DNA of 64,000 bases from Candidatus Latescibacterota bacterium. Lineage in GTDB: Bacteria > Latescibacterota > UBA2968 > GCA-2709665. The DNA is taken from contig CBDDDZ010000005.1 of the NCBI GenBank assembly GCA_965226795.1, positions 1,504,001-1,568,000 of the forward strand, written 5' to 3'. The translations under genes were made by a program, and so were the position numbers. The notes under the pieces are model-generated. The model was not told the DNA's origin. It saw only the letters and a program-made list of their open reading frames with translations, and made no database searches. This document shows positions 32,257-42,524 of this stretch, one piece after another (position 1 is the stretch's first letter; each line of letters starts with the position of its first letter).

Positions 32257-32642
32257 TCTCCGGATCCCAACTCAACGTGGATGCTGAACCAGGTGAAAGA
32301 CTGACCGCGAGCGTTGAGTTCTAAAGATTTCATTTCGCCCGCTGCCAGGTCGACACGAGGGGTGGGCCCGAGTTCGACGCCGTTCGACAGATGGATCTCA
32401 ACCCGGACCTGGGAGACTTTGGCGTTTGTGGTATTCCTGACCGTGCCGGCGAACACCTTACGGTCACTGTCATATCTGGCGACCAGTTCGACGCCGCTGC
32501 GAACCTCTTTGGCGGTCTCTGAGATATTATACCTCTTGCCTGATTCGCCCGCCTCGGCGGGTTCCGTAGGACCTGCCGAACATGCACCAACTGCAACGAC
32601 GAACACTGCCACAGCATAACAGCAAAAAGCCTGAATCGACAT
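32247..32642 (-). CDS. small lipoprotein with an Ig-like (FxLYD-like) domain
   Basis: AGGAGGAAGGAG RBS; hydrophobic signal ending VGAC; 'GTVRNTT..VRVEIHL..LAAGE'. Confidence 0.7.
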   Translation of the reverse strand: MSIQAFCCYAVAVFVVAVGACSAGPTEPAEAGESGKRYNISETAKEVRSGVELVARYDSDRKVFAGTVRNTTNAKVSQVRVEIHLSNGVELGPTPRVDLAAGEMKSLELNARGQSFTWFSIHVELGSGDHG

Positions 32643-32767
32643 CTGAAACTCCTTCCTCCTTACGTTTGAGATAACTGCGCAGATTCACACATTCTCAACG
32701 TCCCTGACGGTCAAAGGTTGCCGCCTTTTAGCTTAATTGATAGTTCCCCTTTCAAAGGGCTGATACG

Positions 32768-35700
32768 ATGTCTTTGCCCGAATTCTCAACAAAATACCCG
32801 GTGACGGTTGCCATGGCCACACTGGCGGTAGCGCTCCTGGGTTGGATCTCACTGGAACGGCTGGACGTAGACCTGTTGCCCGACCTGCATTCTCCCGTGA
32901 TTACGGTCGACCTGCGTTTTCCGGGCAAGACTCCAAGGGAGATGGAAGAGCGTTATGCGCAGCGTCTCGAAGGGGATATCGGTACCGTTCGCCACGTCAA
33001 ACGGGTACATTCAGTGTCCCGCTCCGGTCAAGCCGTGGTGATCGCGGAATTTGAATGGGATGCGGATATGGATTTCGCCTTGCTCGACGTGCAAAAGAAA
33101 GTGGGGCGGTACGCAGCGGATCCCGATATCACGAGTCTGGACGTTACGCAGGAAGACCCTCAGGCGCTGCCGGTGATGCGCCTGGCCGTGTCCGGAGCGG
33201 ATTGGCAGGATCCGGACGAACTGCTGGGCAGTGTGGAAACGATAATCAGGCCGAAACTTGAAGGGTTCTCCGGGGTGGCTTCAGTAGAAATCGAAGGAGG
33301 GGCGGAAAAGGAGATCCATGTTACGCTGGATTCCTATCTTCTGCAAGCCTTTGGCGTCAATTCCGAGACGGTCGTCTCGCGAATTCGGGAGGCGAATTCG
33401 GATGTCTCCGGAGGGACGTTGAAGGACGGGCAACGATCCTATCTGGTCAAGGGTATGGGACGTCTGAACGATTTGAAGGACGTGAACAACCTGGTTGTCG
33501 GTGAGAGCAGAGGCGGAACCGCGAACGGCCAGGAAGATGCACCGGCCGAGCGGGTGCCCGTCATGGTTGGCGATGTGGGTACCGTGGCACTCCGATATAA
33601 GGAGAGGGAGACAATCGTGCGCCTAGACGGTGTGGAGTGCGTCGGTCTTTCAATCTATAAAGAAGCGGGCGCGAATACTTCGTCGGTGGTCAACGGGGTT
33701 CTTCAAGAACTGGGAAGTCTGGAGGCCGACCTGGCGGGCATTCGCTTTACAGTGGTGGAGAACCAGGCGCGCTTTGTGGAAAGCGCGGTAAACGAAGTGG
33801 AAGAGGCGGCCATTCTCGGCGCGTTGCTGGCCGTGGGCGTGCTGTTGGCTGTGCTCCGGCAGTGGACAGCCACACTGGTGATCGGTCTTGCCATTCCGAT
33901 TTCCGTGCTGGCCACCTTCACGCTGATGTATTTCCAGGGGTTGACGTTGAATGTGATGACCCTGGGCGGGTTGGCGCTGGGCGCCGGCATGTTGGTTGAC
34001 AACGCGATTGTCGTGATCGAAAACATCTACCGGCACCTGGAACGGGGAGAAACAGCCGCCGAAGCCTCCGTTAAAGGTGCGAGCGAGGTCGGGGTCGCCA
34101 TTCTGGCTTCCACGCTCACTACGGTGTCGGTGTTTCTGCCGATCGTCTATCTTCATGGGCTGGCCGGCGAACTCTTCAAGGAGCAGGCTTGGACGGTAGC
34201 GTTTTCGCTGATTTCGTCTCTTGTGGTGGCCATGACCATCGTCCCGATGTTGACCGCCCGGCTCTTTGGCCGGTATCGTCGCCGATCCGCGAGAGTCGCC
34301 GGGTCGGTCGCGTTCAACCGCTTTCTGAGTGGATCACTCAACTACAAGGGCCGTACGATGGCAGTGCTTTTCGCGTGTCTTCTGGCCGCCTTCTACATGG
34401 CCCGGTCCATCCATACTTCCTTTATCCCCAGGGAAGACGAGGGTGTACTTCACGTGGACCTCGCGTTGCCGGAGGGCACAAGGCTCGAGTCAACGGACAG
34501 GGTGGCGAGACGCGTTGCCGCAATCACACAGGCAGTCGCCGGACAGGAAGCCCGGCACATCTACCTTCGCGTGGGAAACGATCCTAACCGGCTGACGGCA
34601 GTGGGAGAACCCACCGGCCCGAACAGGGCGGAGTTGACGGTGGTGCTGACGCAGCGAACGGACCGGCGCAGTGTCTCCGAACTCACCGCCGCGCTGGATA
34701 CCGCCATTCGCGAGGTGCCGGATATTAAGGCTAACTATCGACTTCAAAAGGCTGCATTAGAAGGAATTATCCGAGGAAATGCTGCGCCGGTTCAGGTCGA
34801 GGTCAGCGGAGAGAACCTGGAATTACTCCGGGAACTGACGGCAGATCTGAAACGGCGCATGGAAGCGTTACCCACAGTGTATAACGTGCGAACCAGCTTC
34901 CAGGATGGTCAGCCCGAAGTGGACGTGGTGTTGCGGCCGGATATCACGGCGGCGTTTGGCCTTACCTCACAGAACCTCGTGCGCGAACTCGAGCGCAGGC
35001 TGGCAGGCGAGGAAGCCGGGGAACTCTCCAAAGACCAGCGTGCGCGAACCATCCGGGTGCGTTTCGAAGATGTGGATTTTCGCGAGTTGAAACACACCAG
35101 AATTGACGGCCCCGACGGGGCAATGCTCACGCTGGGAGATCTCGCCGACTTGAGGGTGGTCCAGGGGCCGCGGGAGATATTGCGCGACGGGCAGCGTCGG
35201 GTGGGCAGGGTATCCGCTTATCTGACCGAAGGTGTGGTGCTGGGCCAGGCGGCAACGCAGATCAGACAGGCGGTGGGACAGATGGCCATTCCACACGGAT
35301 ATCGGGTGACCGTTACAGGCGAGGAACGGGAACGGGCCGAGTCATTTGGCGGCCTTCAATTCGCCCTCATACTGTCGGTTGTGCTCGTCTATATGGTAAT
35401 GGCATCGCTTTTCGAGTCCTTGCTCCATCCGTTTACGGTAATGCTTTCGGTGCCGCTGGCCGGCATTGGCGTGGTGTTCGCATTCTGGAGCCTTGGAGAG
35501 GCGTTTGGCATTATGGCATTTATCGGGGTGATCATGCTGGGCGGAATCGCCGTGAACGACGCCATCATTCTGGTGGATCGCATCAACCAGTTGCGGCACG
35601 ATACGGGCGACTTGAGACAGGCGGTTCTTCAGGGGGCACAGGATAGGCTGCGGCCGATCCTGATGACCAGCGCCACAACCATCCTTGCACTGTTGCCCAT

Positions 35701-35851
35701 GGCGGTGGGGGTCGGCGAGGGCGCCCGTTTACGGGCACCGATGGCTGTGGCGGTTATCGGCGGGTTGGTGACCTCCACACTGATGACTCTGGTGGTGATT
35801 CCCGTCGTTTACGAATTGATCGAACGGCTTAGAATCAGGAGGGCGTCGTGA
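32768..35851 (+). CDS. AcrB/AcrD/AcrF-family RND permease
   Basis: PVTV..LLP, GMLVDNAIVVIENI, FESLLHP, RLRPILMT. Confidence 0.95.
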   Translation: MSLPEFSTKYPVTVAMATLAVALLGWISLERLDVDLLPDLHSPVITVDLRFPGKTPREMEERYAQRLEGDIGTVRHVKRVHSVSRSGQAVVIAEFEWDADMDFALLDVQKKVGRYAADPDITSLDVTQEDPQALPVMRLAVSGADWQDPDELLGSVETIIRPKLEGFSGVASVEIEGGAEKEIHVTLDSYLLQAFGVNSETVVSRIREANSDVSGGTLKDGQRSYLVKGMGRLNDLKDVNNLVVGESRGGTANGQEDAPAERVPVMVGDVGTVALRYKERETIVRLDGVECVGLSIYKEAGANTSSVVNGVLQELGSLEADLAGIRFTVVENQARFVESAVNEVEEAAILGALLAVGVLLAVLRQWTATLVIGLAIPISVLATFTLMYFQGLTLNVMTLGGLALGAGMLVDNAIVVIENIYRHLERGETAAEASVKGASEVGVAILASTLTTVSVFLPIVYLHGLAGELFKEQAWTVAFSLISSLVVAMTIVPMLTARLFGRYRRRSARVAGSVAFNRFLSGSLNYKGRTMAVLFACLLAAFYMARSIHTSFIPREDEGVLHVDLALPEGTRLESTDRVARRVAAITQAVAGQEARHIYLRVGNDPNRLTAVGEPTGPNRAELTVVLTQRTDRRSVSELTAALDTAIREVPDIKANYRLQKAALEGIIRGNAAPVQVEVSGENLELLRELTADLKRRMEALPTVYNVRTSFQDGQPEVDVVLRPDITAAFGLTSQNLVRELERRLAGEEAGELSKDQRARTIRVRFEDVDFRELKHTRIDGPDGAMLTLGDLADLRVVQGPREILRDGQRRVGRVSAYLTEGVVLGQAATQIRQAVGQMAIPHGYRVTVTGEERERAESFGGLQFALILSVVLVYMVMASLFESLLHPFTVMLSVPLAGIGVVFAFWSLGEAFGIMAFIGVIMLGGIAVNDAIILVDRINQLRHDTGDLRQAVLQGAQDRLRPILMTSATTILALLPMAVGVGEGARLRAPMAVAVIGGLVTSTLMTLVVIPVVYELIERLRIRRAS

Positions 35852-38800
35852 TTCTCCCCGACCTTGCGGTCAGGCGGCCGGTGACGACGTCCATGTTCTT
35901 CGCTGCATTCGCCATATTGGGCGTCGTGTCGTGGACCCGGCTTCCGGTACAGCTCTTTCCGGAGCTGATTTTCCCGGAAGTTTTCGTCACACTCTCGCTG
36001 CAGGGTGCCTCTCCGGAACAGATCGAAAGGGATCTGGTAATTCCCGCCGAAGGGGAGATCGGCAAGCTGGACGGGGTCCAGGAGATGGAGTCATTCGCTA
36101 TGGCCAATAGGGGTGGTATCAGAATAGCCTATGCTCCGGACGTGGATATGAAATTCGCCCTGCTTCAGCTACAAAGCAACCTGAACAGATTGCAGCCAAC
36201 GCTGCCCGAACGTACGCAAACCGATGTACGAAGATTCGATTCGGCAGATCTGAGCAGCAGCATCATGGAACTCCACGTGCTTGCCGATTGGGATCTGAAC
36301 CAGCTCCGGGAGTTCACGGAGGAAAACATCCGCCCCGAATTGGAGTCTGTCGACGGTGTTGTGGATGTATCGGTTATGGGTGGGCGGCGCAGCGCCGTGG
36401 AAATCGTTCTGGATCCGTTTCTGCTGGAAGCGCACGGCCTTTCGACCGGAGAGGTACGAGGACGCCTGAATAGTTATAATCAGCGACGGGAGTATCTGGG
36501 CCGCGTATACGACGGGAATCGGGCCTACTCGGTGAGCATTCAGGGACAGTTTACGGACCTGCGACAGATTCGGAATCTGGTGTTAAACGCGGAGGGCACA
36601 CTCCGACTGGGCGACGTTTCGCGGGTGGGATACGGACTTCAGGAACAGGCCGACCGCCACCGAGTCAATGGCAAACCTTCGGTGGGGGTGCGAATCCAGA
36701 AGGACGACGAAGCGAACCTGATCGAAGTGGCCACCGCGGTAGAAGCGGCCATTGGACAGCTGAATCGCAATTTCAAGAGCGACGGCGTGGAACTGGGCGT
36801 GAGTTCGTCTCAGGCGGATCTGATGACCGGGGCGCTTTCGACCCTGAAACAGGCGGCCATAATTGGTGCTGTCCTCGGCATGATCGTGCTCTTTCTGTTT
36901 CTTCGGAACCTTCGTTTTGTCTCGGTCCTCCTGCTCGCCATTCCGGTTTCTCTCCTGATGACCTTCAATCTGATGTACCTGGGAGGGTTATCCGTCAACG
37001 TGCTGTCTCTTTGCGGCCTGGCCCTCGCAATGGGAATGCTTGCGGACAACGGCATTGTGGTGATGGAGAATATCTTCAAGCATTACGAGCGTGGAAAATC
37101 GCCCGCCCAGGCGGCGCGGGACGGGGCGGCCGAGGTTGGTCGTGCGGTGGTCGCGGCAACCGCAACCACGGTAACGGCTTTCTTGCCCGTTCTATTTATC
37201 GAAAGCGACGCGCGGGATCTGCTGCGTGAGCTCGCATTGTCCATGGCGTTTCCGCTAATGGCCTCACTGCTGGTAGCGCTGACGCTCGTTCCTGCCCTTG
37301 CCGTCCGGGCGTTGAGCCGCGAGGTCCGACAACCGCCTGACGTCCGCGGCTTGCTGGAACAGTATACACTACTGTTGAAGGCCGCTCTACGGCATCGCGC
37401 ATCGGTTGCCCTGACCGTAGGGTGCGCCCTCGTGCTGACACTCGTCGTGGCCTTCTTCTATCTGCTCCAGCAACAGGTGCGGAGAGAGGAGACGCGATTT
37501 ACGGTTTACGTGAACCTGCCGGACGGGGCCACGCTGGATGCCACCGACGAGGTCGTGAAGCAGGTGGAAGAATCTGTGCGGGACGTGCCCGGCCTGGATC
37601 GGTTTACGACGTCGGTGCAGGAGGCCGAAGCCAATGTTACTGTCCTGTTGAGAAAGCGTTCTGACCGGCCCGGCGACATCTCGCTGGATGAAATAAAGGA
37701 ACAACTCGACGAAAAAATGCAGAACGTGCAGGGAGGTGTGGTAGGATACGAACCCAGGCCTCGGGCGGGAAGGGGCGGGCGCGGGCAGGGGATAGGACAG
37801 CGTCGGAGGCGCAGCTCCGGCGGATTCGATCTGACAGGGGCAACGCCGAACGAGCAGGCCGTGGTTCGAGGTTACGATTTTACGATACTGACGATGATTG
37901 CCAACGACTTGGTGTACCGCCTTGAGGAACTCGAAGAGGTGGATGCCAACAGCGTACGCGCTGACGCCGAACGGAGTTCGCCTGAGGTTCAGGTGATTCC
38001 CGATGCGGCGTCCCTGTTCGACCGGCGGCTTGGGGCGAGGGAGGTCCTGGCCGCCCTGGGAGACACGCGTTGGGACGGATTCCGCTCCACCGTACCGTTT
38101 CTGCTGCCCGACGCAACCGAGATACCTATCGAAGTGCGGACGTTTGAAGAGGAGGACCGGGACCGTTACGGGCTGGCTGAATTAAAACGCTCCCGTGTTC
38201 TCAACCAGGACGGTCAGTACGTGTCTCTGGACGAAGTTGCGCGGGTTCGAACGGACGAGGGCAGGAGCAGCCTGTTGAGGACCGACCAGGCCCGCCGGAT
38301 CGTGGTTTCCTACCGGTTTCCGTCGGAAATTCTGGATTCACAACCGCGGTTGGATATTGCGAGACGGGTCGTGAGGACGACACTGCAGGATATGGTGCTG
38401 CCGGAGGGCTATTCGATTGAAAACATTGAGGCGCACGAGGAGACGATTTACTATTGGATGATCGGAATTGCCGCGGTGCTCATCTACATGATTCTGGCCT
38501 CGCTGTTTGAATCTTTCGCCTCTCCGATAATCATTCTATGTACGCTGCCGCCTGCGGCCATCGGCTCGTGTTGGGCGCTGATGATGTCGGGCACGGGCCT
38601 GAGCCAGCAGGAAGGGCCCATGGCGCTGCTGGGCTTTGTTGTCCTTTTGGGTATTGCCGTGAATAACGGGATTATCCTGATAGATGCGGTCGGCGTGCTC
38701 AGGTCCCGATTCGGATTTCGCCGGGAACGCGCAGTTTTGACGGCGGCAAGGTCCCGTGTGCGACCCATATTGATGACGACGGCCACAACGCTTCTGGGTG

Positions 38801-40560
38801 TTCTTCCGCTCGCGCTGGAATTCGGTGGTGATTTCGAAATCTGGCCGCCGTTCGCAATTACCGTTCTCGGTGGATTGTCTGTTTCCATGGTGTCCACATT
38901 GATCCTGATTCCGGTGGTTTACATGGGGCTGGATCAGATCGGAACATGGCTGGCTGACCTGGGCATTGTCGGCGTCGTGCTCTCCCTGCTGGCTACCGTA
39001 GCGGCTGGCTATGGTGTATATACCCGGTATGAAAGTGTTTTCTGGGCCGCGCTGTCGATATTGCCCATCTGGGGCGGGTTCTTGACTGCGGTGTGGATCG
39101 TACTGAAGGTCCATCGCGCTCGGGTCGCCGTCCGCCGCGCGTCGAGCGCCGTATTTTCCATTCAGCTGAGGAACCTGACCAAAATCTACGGCGCATCCGG
39201 GAGTTTTGGCCGGGAATGGGCGCGCAACGAACGTCGGAAAGGGCGGTTGATGAAAACAGGGCTGGATCCGCAGGACCGCAAGCCGGTTCGTGATGCGCTC
39301 TTATGGAAGCTGCCGTTGCTCGCACTGCTGATGTTTTTCACGACCTATTTCGAGGACGAAATCTGGATCTATCTGCACGGATTGGCACTGGCATTTATGC
39401 TTGGCCACATGGGTCGATGTTTCGGCGACCTCTGGCGGGAACATCTGTCGTCGCCGGCCGAACGTATCGGAGAAATTCTGTACAAAGTCGTTTTGCCACT
39501 GGGATTTATGGCTTATGTGCACTTGCAGCTGAATTTGCTTTCCGTCACCATTGCTACTTTCGGCTTGTGGGCCGCCTATCGACTGGCACGATGGCTCGCC
39601 GACAGGGTGCGAGCGGGCGTGGTAACCCCCGATGAACTATTCGGACGTTTTGTACGGGCGCGTAGATGGTTTTATCGGATGGCATCGGCCATACCCCTCG
39701 TCGGTGTTCCCCAGCCTGAATTTCGGGCGCTGGCGGGCGTCAACCTGGAAATCGGCAGAGGAATGTTCGGTCTTCTGGGACCCAATGGCGCCGGTAAGAC
39801 CACGTTGATGCGTATTCTTTGTCGGGTCCTCGAGCCCAGCTACGGGTCGATCCTTTTCGACGGTCGAAACATCCTGCGGAAAGGTTCGATCCACGGCCTG
39901 ATCGGGTATCTTCCGCAGCACTTCGGCAACTACGGACACCTCTCCGCGCACGAATTCCTGGAATACCGGGCGCTGCTCGAAGGCTTTAAGGACCGTAAGA
40001 CTCGCGAGTCACGGGTGATCGAATCCCTGGAACAGGTAAATCTGATCGAACGCATGGAAGATCCCATCGGGTCGTTCTCAGGGGGAATGAAGCAGCGCCT
40101 TGGTATCGCGCAGACCCTGCTGCACACCCCGCAAGTCGTGGTTGTGGATGAGCCCACAGCAGGGCTCGATCCACTGGAGCGTATCCGGTTTCGTAATCTG
40201 CTCGCCCGGTTGAGCCAGGATCGGATCGTCATTTTCTCCACGCACATCGTGGAAGATATCTCTGGAAGCTGCAATCGACTGGCGGTACTGGATCAGGGGC
40301 GTCTTCTTTATACCGGAACGCCGGGGGAGATGAGAAATCAGGCGGAGGGACGGGTGTGGGATGCGATGGTTTCGGAACAGCGCTTTTCCGAGTTGGAAGA
40401 AAAACTGAAGCTCGTATCGCACCAGCGGACGTCAGACGGGGTCAAAATGCGATTCCTGTCTGAACGTCCACCGGTTGGGTTCGGCGCACAAAGCGTGGAT
40501 CCAACCCTGGAAGACGCGTATCTGTACCTACTCGGTGCAGGAAAGGACAAGACGTGCTGA
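35848..40560 (+). CDS. AcrB-family RND permease fused to extra TM helices and a C-terminal ABC ATPase
   Basis: RND motifs GMLADNGIVVMENI and RVRPILMT, then GPNGAGKT, LPQ, FSGGMKQR, VVDEPT and STH in one 1570-aa frame. Confidence 0.92.
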   Translation: MILPDLAVRRPVTTSMFFAAFAILGVVSWTRLPVQLFPELIFPEVFVTLSLQGASPEQIERDLVIPAEGEIGKLDGVQEMESFAMANRGGIRIAYAPDVDMKFALLQLQSNLNRLQPTLPERTQTDVRRFDSADLSSSIMELHVLADWDLNQLREFTEENIRPELESVDGVVDVSVMGGRRSAVEIVLDPFLLEAHGLSTGEVRGRLNSYNQRREYLGRVYDGNRAYSVSIQGQFTDLRQIRNLVLNAEGTLRLGDVSRVGYGLQEQADRHRVNGKPSVGVRIQKDDEANLIEVATAVEAAIGQLNRNFKSDGVELGVSSSQADLMTGALSTLKQAAIIGAVLGMIVLFLFLRNLRFVSVLLLAIPVSLLMTFNLMYLGGLSVNVLSLCGLALAMGMLADNGIVVMENIFKHYERGKSPAQAARDGAAEVGRAVVAATATTVTAFLPVLFIESDARDLLRELALSMAFPLMASLLVALTLVPALAVRALSREVRQPPDVRGLLEQYTLLLKAALRHRASVALTVGCALVLTLVVAFFYLLQQQVRREETRFTVYVNLPDGATLDATDEVVKQVEESVRDVPGLDRFTTSVQEAEANVTVLLRKRSDRPGDISLDEIKEQLDEKMQNVQGGVVGYEPRPRAGRGGRGQGIGQRRRRSSGGFDLTGATPNEQAVVRGYDFTILTMIANDLVYRLEELEEVDANSVRADAERSSPEVQVIPDAASLFDRRLGAREVLAALGDTRWDGFRSTVPFLLPDATEIPIEVRTFEEEDRDRYGLAELKRSRVLNQDGQYVSLDEVARVRTDEGRSSLLRTDQARRIVVSYRFPSEILDSQPRLDIARRVVRTTLQDMVLPEGYSIENIEAHEETIYYWMIGIAAVLIYMILASLFESFASPIIILCTLPPAAIGSCWALMMSGTGLSQQEGPMALLGFVVLLGIAVNNGIILIDAVGVLRSRFGFRRERAVLTAARSRVRPILMTTATTLLGVLPLALEFGGDFEIWPPFAITVLGGLSVSMVSTLILIPVVYMGLDQIGTWLADLGIVGVVLSLLATVAAGYGVYTRYESVFWAALSILPIWGGFLTAVWIVLKVHRARVAVRRASSAVFSIQLRNLTKIYGASGSFGREWARNERRKGRLMKTGLDPQDRKPVRDALLWKLPLLALLMFFTTYFEDEIWIYLHGLALAFMLGHMGRCFGDLWREHLSSPAERIGEILYKVVLPLGFMAYVHLQLNLLSVTIATFGLWAAYRLARWLADRVRAGVVTPDELFGRFVRARRWFYRMASAIPLVGVPQPEFRALAGVNLEIGRGMFGLLGPNGAGKTTLMRILCRVLEPSYGSILFDGRNILRKGSIHGLIGYLPQHFGNYGHLSAHEFLEYRALLEGFKDRKTRESRVIESLEQVNLIERMEDPIGSFSGGMKQRLGIAQTLLHTPQVVVVDEPTAGLDPLERIRFRNLLARLSQDRIVIFSTHIVEDISGSCNRLAVLDQGRLLYTGTPGEMRNQAEGRVWDAMVSEQRFSELEEKLKLVSHQRTSDGVKMRFLSERPPVGFGAQSVDPTLEDAYLYLLGAGKDKTC

Positions 40561-41276
40561 ACTGGCGGGAATTGCTGCTGGCCACGTGGCGGCTCTATCG
40601 GCTTAGCTGCAGGATCATATTTCATAGGAAATTGATGTTCATGGCCATTGGCGTTTTTGCATATTACGCAGCCATGTATGCATTTGCAGTCTGGCGCCCC
40701 GACGAAGGATTCGGCGTATCGCGGGCGCTCAATGTTCTGGTTGAAATTCCTGGTATCGCACTGGCCATTTATCTGACGATGGATCTCGTTGCAGCCGAAC
40801 GAGATAGAAATACACTGGAGACGTTGTTCAGTACAGCCTCATCCCACTATAAGATATGGGCGATCCGGATGGTCGGGGTTTATGTGGTGTTGGCGGGAAC
40901 CCTGATGGGAATGACGGTTGTCGCCTATTTTGTTTTCGCGGAATTGCCGGTCTTCAGGGGTGGGCTGAATGCCATTCTGCCGGCGTGTTTTGCCGCAGGC
41001 CTCACTTTTTATTTTTCCGTTCTCTGTCGAAGCGGAAATGCGGCCGCGATGCTCGCTACGGGAGTGATGGGCCTGACTCTGTTCATCTCGGAATCCATGC
41101 CCGACTCACCCTTCGCGCTTTTTCTGAGTACGTTTGATCCCCCGGTGGGAATGGAAGACACCCTGTGGGGCGACCAGGTGCTTCTGAATCGCCTGGCTGT
41201 ACTATTGCTGTCGGGCCTGCTGCTTTTTATGGGCCTCCGCAAGATGGAAGCCAGGGAGCGATTGGTATCTTCGTAG
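40554..41276 (+). CDS. ABC-2 type permease
   Basis: About 6 TM segments; 'ERDRNTLETLFS' loop; overlaps the stop codon of the upstream gene. Confidence 0.75.
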   Translation: MLNWRELLLATWRLYRLSCRIIFHRKLMFMAIGVFAYYAAMYAFAVWRPDEGFGVSRALNVLVEIPGIALAIYLTMDLVAAERDRNTLETLFSTASSHYKIWAIRMVGVYVVLAGTLMGMTVVAYFVFAELPVFRGGLNAILPACFAAGLTFYFSVLCRSGNAAAMLATGVMGLTLFISESMPDSPFALFLSTFDPPVGMEDTLWGDQVLLNRLAVLLLSGLLLFMGLRKMEARERLVSS

Positions 41277-41381
41277 CGGTGTGTGATCCCGCTCCGGATG
41301 AACCCATTGCGCTCCTCTTCAGGTTGGACACCTCACCAACAAGGGGTGCGAGATTCCGGCCGGAATTCTCGCCCGCCCATC

Positions 41382-42524
41382 CTATTCTTTGCGAACATCC
41401 AGCCGGATCTTACGGGGTTCTACGTTTACGACCGTGAGGTCCGTCCCGTGTTTTATCGACTCGACGCCGACCTCGAAGGTTCTTCGTCCGAACCTGACGT
41501 AGGCCGCATCGATCGCGAGTCGAAAGTCGTTCACAGGCGCCAGCAGAAGGGCGCGTCGCGGCCCCTTCACGGTTACGTTTGCAACGCCCGGTCTGACGCC
41601 CTCCAGTTTATAGCCACGTGGTAGATTCTCCACTTCGACCTCCACCTCGTACGTTGTTTCCTGGACCGCCGCACCCGGTACCAAAAACACCCATGCGCCG
41701 AACGCCAGCGCGAAGGAGAGCAGCCCTTCAGCGAAATGCCTCGCCAGCCAGCCCCGACCGGTCCTCGGCGCGCTGGCGATCACGTGCTGCGCATGCTCCT
41801 GTAGCCTGGCGAGCAGTTCGTCTGGATCGTCTATAATCTCCAGTCGACCCTGCCGCGCGACCGCGATGGTGCCGCGCTCCTCGGAGACCACAAGGCACAG
41901 GGCGTCGCTACGCTCGGCCAGCCCCAGTGCCGCAGCGTGGCGTGTGCCGCCCGGCCCGAGTTCTCCTCGGTTGTCCGAAAGCGGCAGATATACGGCGAAT
42001 CGTTCCAGCCTGTTTTCCCTCATAACCAGAGCCCCGTCGTGGCCGGCCGACGTCGTGGCGAACAGGCTGTCGATAAGTTCCTCGCTGATGGTCGCCTGCA
42101 GTACGATTCCGCCTTGCAGAAGCCGATCCAGCGGCTCGCGTCCGGGCAGAACCACCAGGGCGCCCCGCCGCTTTTCCGCCAACTGATGCATCGCCCGGAC
42201 CAGCACCGCCAGACTCCCGCCGCGGGGTCCCGATACCCTTCTGCCCAGGCCGAGTGCGGCAATCCGCTCAAAAAGGCGTCGGAGGTCGTCCTGAAAGACA
42301 ACAACAAGCAGCACAACCAGGACCGCAAAAAATCCCTGGAAGATCCACGCCGTCAGTTGCAGTTCGAATTGCCGCGCCAGCAGATAGAAGGCGCCCAGAA
42401 AGGCCAGCCCGATGAGCGCCATTCGGGCGTGCATCTTCCGAGTCCAGGCCAACAGGCCCCAGAACAGAACACTCACGACCGCTATGTCCACAAAATCGGT
42501 AAATGCAATCTCGAGTAGCGTCAT
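41382..42524 (-). CDS. cdaA: membrane-bound diadenylate cyclase with a C-terminal YbbR/CdaR-like domain
   Basis: Three N-terminal TMs, 'VVFQDDLRR', HDGA, GTRHAAALGL, VSEERG; the C-terminal 'VENLP..P..ANVTVKGPR' is YbbR-like. Confidence 0.85.
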   Translation of the reverse strand: MTLLEIAFTDFVDIAVVSVLFWGLLAWTRKMHARMALIGLAFLGAFYLLARQFELQLTAWIFQGFFAVLVVLLVVVFQDDLRRLFERIAALGLGRRVSGPRGGSLAVLVRAMHQLAEKRRGALVVLPGREPLDRLLQGGIVLQATISEELIDSLFATTSAGHDGALVMRENRLERFAVYLPLSDNRGELGPGGTRHAAALGLAERSDALCLVVSEERGTIAVARQGRLEIIDDPDELLARLQEHAQHVIASAPRTGRGWLARHFAEGLLSFALAFGAWVFLVPGAAVQETTYEVEVEVENLPRGYKLEGVRPGVANVTVKGPRRALLLAPVNDFRLAIDAAYVRFGRRTFEVGVESIKHGTDLTVVNVEPRKIRLDVRKE

